Source of the DNA: an uncultured Actinomycetes bacterium
GTDB taxonomy: Bacteria > Actinomycetota > UBA4738 > HRBIN12
Reading direction: 5' to 3'
Length of the DNA stretch: 64,000 nucleotides
Assembly (NCBI GenBank): GCA_963810915.1
Contig: CAWEPH010000002.1
Span: 57,002 to 121,001 of the forward strand
The notes beneath the pieces were generated by a model. It was given only the letters and a program-made list of their open reading frames with translations, had not been told where the DNA came from and did not search any database. Shown here piece after piece: positions 57,154 to 64,000 of this stretch. Numbering within the stretch: the first letter of the stretch is position 1; each line of letters opens with the position of its first letter. Made by a program: the position numbers and the translations under genes.

Positions 57154-59698
57154 ATGACTTCCTCACCAGAACAGATCGATCGACTCGCCGTCCCTCCCCC
57201 GGCCGCCGTCATCATGGCCGACGGCCGGGCCGCCATCCTGGGGTGGAACGCCGGTGCGGAACGCCTGCACGGCTGGCGGGCGGACGAGGTCCTCGGCCGC
57301 AACGCGATCGAGGTGCTCGTCGATCCCCCGGACCTCCCGCGGGCGCGAGACGCCCTGTCGCTCATCGTCGCCGGCCACCCGTGGTCCGGCACGCTTTGGC
57401 TCCGGCACCGCGACGACGAACCGTTCGAGGCCGACGTCGTCGCGCGACCGATCTTCTCCTCGGCGGACGAGGTGGCGGCGATCGTCGCGCTCGTTCGCCC
57501 CGCGGCGGAGGAGGGGGATGCGGGGCGGCATTTCGGCTTCGTCCCTTCGCTCCACGAGCACGAGCGCACACGGCTCGCGCTACACGCGAGCGGTCTGGGC
57601 ACGTGGAGCTGGGACGAGACGACGGGTGAGGTCCGCTGGGACGAGACGATGGAGCGGATCTTCGGCTTCCCGCCGGGCACGTTCGACCGGACCTACGACG
57701 AGCTACCTCGCGGCCCTGCATCCGGGTGATCGCGACGCGGTGACGGACGACGGTGCGGCACTCCCTCGCGACCCGCGGCGAGCATCGGGTGGAGCACCGG
57801 GTCGATCTGGCCGGACGGTTCCGTCCACTGGGTGGAGGGGTGGGGACGCGCGCTCCTCGACGGACGTGGAGAGGCGGTGGGACTCGTCGGCGTCTCGTTG
57901 GACATCACGGAGCGGAGACGTTCGGAGATGCGCCTGCGCCAGCTGCAGCGCGTGACGGCGGCGTTGGCGCGCGCGCGCACGATCGCGGAGGTGGGTCGCG
58001 TCGCCGTGGACGAGCTGCTCTCGGCGACGGACGCGCTCGTATCCACGCTGACGCTCCTCGAGGACGGCGGACGGACGCTCCGCGTGGTCGCCACGTCGGT
58101 GCCAGAGGCCGACCTCCCCGAGGAGTGGCGCACGTTCGACGTCGACGAGCAACCTCACCGCCGCCGAGGCCGTGAGGACAGGCCGCCTCGTGATCCGGGA
58201 CGTCGCCGATGCACAGGGGCCGAGCGCCGTGCTCGCGCGGATGCTGGACGCCGGCGAAGCCACGCAGGTCATGGCGCTCCCGCTCCGTGCCGGAGAACGA
58301 ACCCTCGGCGCGATCACGCTGGCGCTCGATACCCTGGAGCCTGCGGACGAAGGCGTCCAGCACTTCCTGCTCACCCTGGGCACCCAGCTGGGCCAGGCGC
58401 TCGAGCGCGCCGTCCTGCACGAGGGCGAGATGGAGGCCTCGGCGCGGATCCGCCTCCTGGCCGATGCGAGCAGCCTCCTCGGCCGATCGCTCGACTACCG
58501 TCAGACGATCGGACAGGTGGCGCTCGCGGCGGTGCCGGGGTTCGCGGACTGGTGCGGCGTCGATCTGCTCGACGAGCACGGCGAACTCCAGTCCCTGGCG
58601 ATCGCGCACGCGGACCCCGACAAGGTGGAGCTCGCCCGGCGGCTGCGCCTCGAGTATCCGCCCGACCCCGAGGCCAGCCAGCGGGTCACCGGCCGTGGCG
58701 AGGACGGGACGCAGCGAGCTGCTGGGCACCATCCCCAAGGCGCTCATCGAGGGGGCGGTCGCGAAGTACCCGGAGCTCGCCGAGCTGATCGAGGAGCTCC
58801 AGCTCACCTCCGCCATGACCGTACCCCTCATCGCGCGCGAGGCCAGATCCTCGGAACGATGTCCTTCGTCTGGGGAGAATCCGGACGTCACTACGACGAG
58901 ACCGACCTCGCCTTCGCCGAGGAATTGGCGAGCCGCGCCGCGATCGCCATCGACAACGCCCGCCTCTACGACGAACAGCGCACCGTCGCCTCCACGCTGC
59001 AGGCCAGCCTGCGACCTCCCGAGCTGCCCCGCGATCGACGGGCGTGGACCTGGCCGCCGAGTACCGACCCGGGGGCGTCCGCGGCGAGGTCGCCGGCGAC
59101 TTCTACGACGTGTTCCCGCTGCGAGAGGGCAGCTGGCTCGCGGTCGTGGGCGACGTCTGCGGCAAGGGCGTGCCGGCGGCCGCGGTCATGGCCCTCGCCC
59201 GCTACACGATCCGCACGGCCGCCTTGACCCGTTCGCACCCCAACACGATCCTCGCCACCCTGAACGAGGCGCTCCTGCGGTCCGAACTGGATCGGTTCTG
59301 CACGGCGTGCGTCGTGCGCATCGACGAGACGCAGGACGGCCCGCTGAAGATCACGGTGTGCGTCGCGGGCCATCCGCCTCCGGTGCTGATCCGGAAGGAT
59401 GGCGCCTCCTTCCTCGACGTTCGCGGCACGCTCCTCGGCGTCTTCGAGGACCCGGAGCTTCGAGGATCTTCGCCTGGAGCTGGCGCCCGGCGACACGCTC
59501 CTGCTCTACACGGACGGCGTCACCGAGGAACGGCACGAGGGCGAACTCTTCGGGGACGAGCGTCTCATCGAACTGGCCGAGAGCCTCGCCGACCCGCCGG
59601 CAGAGCAGGTCGCCAGGCGGATCGTGGAAGCGGTCGCCGCGTTCCGCCCGGGCCCGCCGGCGGACGACATCGCCGTCCTCGCGCTGCGCAACGCTTGA
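57154..59698 (+). CDS. PAS-PAS-GAF-GAF SpoIIE/RsbU-type PP2C phosphatase (multiple apparent frameshifts)
   Basis: WNAGAERLHGW, GTWSWD, FADWCGVD, AIAIDNARLY, GDFYD, VGDVCGKG, AGHPPP, LYTDGVTE, DDIAVL. Confidence 0.92.
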
Positions 59699-59701
59699 GC
59701 C

Positions 59702-60188
59702 TCAGTCGTCGTCGACGACCCTGGTCTCGTTCACGACGGGCGCGTGACGCTCCGGCGCCCCCCGAAGAAGCCCGCGATCAGCACCAGGACCGCTCCCGCG
59801 AGCGACACCCATGCGCCGACGCCGATCTCGTTGGTGCCCGCCGCCCGATACACCTCGACCGCGAACAGGACGAACCCGATGATGCCGACCACGCCGGCGA
59901 TGCGTGTGAGCCAACCGGTCCCGAAGGCCATGCCGACGATGGCGACCAGGGCCACGACGATCGCGGCGAACCCGATCGTCGCCAGGAACGTGCTCGGTCT
60001 GTCGGAACGTGGGCTTCCAGAGCGCCTCGAGGGCCAACTCGCTGCCCTTCGAGGGGCGCCCACCAGGTCATGAACGCCCCGACGATCAGCGCCGCGGCGC
60101 CCACGAGGGTCAACACCAAGCGCGCGCCGAGCCGACGTAGGGGGTCGCGGTCGTCGTCCGATATGCCATCAGGTACCACCTCCTGCAT
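59702..60188 (-). CDS. Hypothetical four-TM membrane protein (apparent frameshifts)
   Basis: SD GAGGAG; LVLTLVGAAALIVGAFMTW, GWLTRIAG, IGVGAWVSLAGAVL. Confidence 0.7.
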
Positions 60189-60232
60189 CGCGTCTCCTCT
60201 CCGCATCGTGCTGCCGCCTCTCACACCCCGAC

Positions 60233-60259
60233 GTGTGCGGACCGGCTCCGAGTGGGTAG
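60233..60259 (+). promoter_or_regulatory. SigB/SigF-type promoter (candidate)
   Basis: GTGT-N17-GGGTAG upstream of the operon starting at 60305. Confidence 0.45.
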
Positions 60260-60304
60260 GGAGACGCACGAAACCCAGTACCCCGACGGACGAAGGAGAC
60301 CACG

Positions 60305-60566
60305 ATGAAGACGCCAGACCTCGTCGACATGCCCGGAATGCGGACGCGGCCGGCTCGTCGGACATGAGCTTCGACGAGCGAGCACCGCGACGCCGACGCG
60401 CCGATGCGACAGAGGGCGGACAGCCACGAGATCCTCACGTACACCTGCGGCCACACGGTCGTGGGTCGCTCGCTGGCGACCGCCGATCCCCGGCAACTCG
60501 ACGTCGAAGCGCCGCACCTCGGATGAGACGGTCGATCCGGCTCCCGCAGAGGGGGACGTGGCATGA
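60305..60566 (+). CDS. Small Cys-motif protein (reconstructed across indels)
   Basis: SD GAAGGAG; fragments MKTPDLV, TCPECGRGRLV, DMSFDE, ADSHEILTYTCGHTVVG...LDVE, RRTSDETVDP. Confidence 0.55.
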
Positions 60567-60842
60567 GCGCCGCCGTAGGGATCGTACGAGGAGGTTCGGG
60601 CTCGACGTGCGGTGCGTGGCCTGCGGAGATCGATGGACACCCGTCGAAGGCGAACGGTCGTCGCTGCCGTCTGCGGTCGCTCGCTCGCCTCGCGCTCGGG
60701 AGACGCGATCGAGCTGCAGGGACCGATCGAGGCGCTCTCGAGCCGCGAGGACCGCACGGTCGTCACCGCCGGCGTGAACGCTCGCGACTGGCCGACGGGC
60801 GCGCCACGGGTCGGTCGTCGTCGGCTCCCGCCACTCCTGTGA
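60563..60842 (+). CDS. Small putative zinc-ribbon protein (reconstructed across indels)
   Basis: ATGA overlap upstream and GTGA overlap downstream; LDVRCVACGDRW plus further Cys codons near 60665-60685; DAIELQGPIEAL. Confidence 0.45.
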
Positions 60843-62204
60843 GCCGCCGCCGAACGGTTCGAGCTTCGTGATCGGAGGCGGTGCGGCGGGCTCGGAGGCG
60901 GCGTTCCGCCTGGCGAAGGGTGGTCTTCGCGTCGGCCTTGCGGAACGTGACCGCCTGGGCGGCGAGTGCAACCACGATGGATGTGTCCCGACCAAGCTGA
61001 TGCTGCGCGCGGCACAGCTCGCGCGCGCCTGCACCGTGGCCGAACGGTTCGGCGTGCGGCTGACCCAAGTGGCGGTGGATCTCGCCGCGGTCCAGACCCG
61101 CGCGCGCACGGTGATCGACGAACTCTCGGGCGAGGGAACGAGGCCGTTCGAGCGCGAGGGCATCACGGTGTTCGAACAAGAGGCTCGGCTCATCGGTCCG
61201 CACGACCTGGATCTGGCCGACGGTCGCACGATACGAACGGGGCGTGTCGTGCTGGCTACCGGTACCGAACCCGAGGTCCCGCCGATCCCCACCTCGCCGA
61301 GGGGCCCTTCTGGACGAACCACGAGGCGATCTGGGCCCGCACGACGGTCCCGACCTCGCTGGGCGTGATAGGCACCGGCGCGATCGGGCTGGAATTCGCG
61401 CAGATCTACGCACGGTTCGGCGCCCGGGTAAGCGTCCTCGAGTCCGCCGACCGCCCCCTGCCACGCGAAGATGCCGACGCTGCGGAGGTGGCCGTCAAGG
61501 CCCTCAAAGAGGACGGGATCGACGTGCGCGCGGGGGTGGAGGTTCGTGAAGCCGTGCACGCGGACGGCGCCTGGAGGCTCGATGTCGGCGGAGAGGACGT
61601 CGTCGTCGAGGAGCTCCTCGTGGCGACCGGACGGCGCCCCGTGTTCGACGGGCATGACCTCGCTGCCGCCGGGGTAACGCTGGACGACGCCGGCCGGCCC
61701 GTGCTGAACCCGATGCTGCGGACCACGCAGCCGTCGATCTCCGTCATCGGCGATGCGACCGGAGATCTGCTCTTCACGCACGTCGCCACCTATGACGCCG
61801 GCATCGTCACACGCGACATCCTGGGCGACCCTATCCCGGCCGACTACCGCCTCGTCCCGCGCGTGACGTTCTGTGAACCCGAGATCGCCAGCGTCGGTTT
61901 CACCGAGGAGGAAGCACGCTCCGACGGCATCCCGGTCCGCATCGCCATGGTCGAGGCGCGCGCCGCCGAGCGCGCCCTCATCGAGGACGATCCGCCCGGC
62001 CTGGTCAAGCTGGTGGCAGACGCCACGGACGGGCGGATCGTTGGGGGGCACATCGTGATGCGCGAGGCGGGGACCATGATCCACGAGGTGCAAGCGTTGA
62101 TGGCGTCGGGCCAAGACCCCCCGCTCCCGATCCCGTCGGCCGTCCATGCCTACCCCACCCGGTCGGAGGCGCTCGCCGCGGCGCTGGCCGAGCTGTCGCC
62201 ATGA
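60839..62204 (+). CDS. Class I pyridine nucleotide-disulfide oxidoreductase (Lpd/MerA-like family; apparent frameshifts near 60850-60865 and 61290)
   Basis: VIGGGAAG, GGECNHDGCVPTK, VIGTGAIGLEFA, ATGRRP, IGD, HAYPTRSE. Confidence 0.9.
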
Positions 62205-63345
62205 CCGCCGTGATGCCGCGCCCCGCGCGCCTCCATCACCCCGTCCAACCCCGACCCGGATTGGCCGCCGATGCGGTACTGGATCAAAGCCACCGTGGTG
62301 GTCGGTGCTGACGGTAGCGGCCCTGGCGGCGGTCCGCTCGGTGCTCGAACGTCGTGCTCCTCGTCGTGATCGCCGTCGTGCTGGCCGTCGGCATGGAGCC
62401 GGTGGTTGCGTGGCTCACGCGACGCGGGCTGCGCCGAGGCGTGGCCGTGGCGATCCTGCTCTCCTCGACGGCGCTGCTGGTAACGATCGTCGCATCCCTG
62501 ATCGTCCCCCCGCTGCTCCGTCAGGCGAGCGGCCTCGGGGCCGACGTGCCGACCTACCTGTCGGGGCTCGAGGCGCGTGGCGACTGGCTGGGCTCGACGA
62601 TGCGCGCGAACCACGTGACGGAACAGGTGCGCGGCTTCATCGAGCACCTGCCGCAGATGGCCGGCCGCTCCTTCGGGACGATCCTGGGGCTGGCCGGCCG
62701 CGTGGGCGGGCTGGTCTTCGGCGTGGTGACGGTCGTCGTGCTCACGATCTACTTCATGGTGTCGCTGCCCGAGCATGCGGCGCACGGCCACCATCCTCGT
62801 GCGACCGCACCATCGCCACCAAGCGGGACGCGTGATCGACTCGTCGGTCGAGCGGATCGGTGGATACGTGCTTGGGCAACCTGATCACGTCGGTCGTCTG
62901 TGGCACCGTGTCCCTCGCGGCGCTCCTCGCGCTGGGCGTACCGTTCGCGGTTCCGCTTGCTCTCTGGGCCGGGCTCGCCGACATCGTGCCGGCCCTCGGG
63001 TCCTACCTCGGGGCGGCCCCGGCGATCCTGGTTGCGTTCGTCGACTCCCCGCTGAAGGGTCTGCTCGCCCTGGGCTACTTCATCGCCTACCAGCAGTTCG
63101 AGAACTACGTGCTGGTGCCGCGGGTGATGCGGGGTGCGGTGAACCTCTCGCCCGCGGCCGTGATCATCGCGACGCTCGTGGGGGGAAGCCTTGCGGGCCT
63201 GGCCGGTGCGCTGCTGGCGCTGCCGGTGGCCGCCACGATGAAGGTGGTGATCGTGGAGGTGTGGCTCCGCGAGCGGGTGGCCGAGGGCGACCGATTGGCG
63301 CGTGAGCACGTGCAGGCAGAGACGGGCGATACCGAGCGCCCCTGA
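62201..63345 (+). CDS. AI-2E family transporter (multiple apparent frameshifts)
   Basis: P.VAWL.RRG, PLAL.AGLADIVP.LG, YQQFENYVLVPRVM, GALLALPVAA. Confidence 0.9.
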
Positions 63346-63360
63346 CGGAAGGAGTCGACC

Positions 63361-63729
63361 ATGTCCGAGGAAAGCGAACGACGGATGCGAACACGCATCC
63401 CGGCGAGGATCGCGCTCGGCTTCGTGATCGGCGATCGCTCTGGGGGTGGCGATGGGCGCGATCGCGAGCGCCATTCCCTCGACGCCCGCCAGCCCTCGGT
63501 CTCTGGGTGATCGTGATCGCGCTGCGCCATCGTTCGGCGGGCTGGTGGGCGCCCTGATCGGCGGATACGCGTCGCTGGAGTCGCCGAACCCGGGTCGGGA
63601 ACCCTCTGACACCGAGCGCCCGATCGTCGACCGCCCCGGCCTCGTGCGCGAGGAGCACCCGGGCCCCTCGACGCCGGGGACAACGCCCGGACCGCGAGAG
63701 GGTCGGACCGCGAGGCGTCCTTGCTGTGA
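63361..63729 (+). CDS. Hypothetical membrane protein (frameshifted; end uncertain)
   Basis: SD AAGGAG; hydrophobic N-terminus, GGLVGALIGGYASLESPNPGREPSDTERP. Confidence 0.5.
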
Positions 63730-63799
63730 GCCGGACCAGCGTCTCCCGACGGAGCGGGCTGGCGGCCGTTCGGGCCCGCGTCGATCGCTTCGGCGATCC

Positions 63800-64000
63800 G
63801 TTCCTCGAGACGCTCGGCGCCTCTTCTCGATATCGTCGGTCCGACTCATGTTCCGCCCCCACGAGGAGTCGGACGCCTCCGAGAGCGCGTCGATGAGGAC
63901 ATCGAGCTTGAGGTGCAGAGCGGCCGAATCGCGGTTCTGGGTCGACTGGATCACGAAGACCATCAGGAAGGTCAGGACGGTGGTTGCGGTGTTCACCAGG
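63800..64000 (-). CDS. Low-affinity iron permease (Fet4-like) family protein, partial
   Basis: VNTATTVLTFLMVFVIQSTQNRDSAALHLKLD; 5' end outside the window and 3' end approximate. Confidence 0.88.

Noticed and set aside
60839-62204. merA call
   Set aside because: No C-terminal Cys-Cys pair, no HMA domain and no mer operon genes nearby.

Overview
High-GC bacterial chromosomal segment, most likely an uncultured Actinomycetota (inferred from F420-type LLM and PPOX enzymes, DUF6328/DUF6458-like proteins and many leaderless genes). It holds about 68 CDS and no rRNA, tRNA, CRISPR array, transposase, integrase or phage genes that I can recognise. Content: a NarL-type two-component system with its ABC exporter, a XylF/ChvE-like sugar ABC importer, housekeeping and catabolic enzymes (PLP decarboxylase, LLM oxidoreductase, acyl-CoA dehydrogenase, RecQ, two FMO-like enzymes, SQR-like, amidohydrolase, DmdA/GcvT-like, S9 peptidase), six dispersed secreted repeat or beta-propeller proteins, a P-type ATPase, a STAND adenylate cyclase, and from about 53.6 kb a general-stress island with several SigB/SigF-type promoters. 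Many genes have apparent frameshifts, clustered at 22.5-27 kb and 52-64 kb, which look like long-read indel errors, so those coordinates are approximate. The most unusual element is an unannotated unit of about 300 nt at 13312-13617: a candidate own promoter, 17 nt of complementarity to the typical actinobacterial 16S rRNA 3' end, a 13-codon mini-ORF, a GNRA hairpin, a three-way junction and a strong terminal hairpin. All family assignments come from motif recognition by eye, not from database searches.
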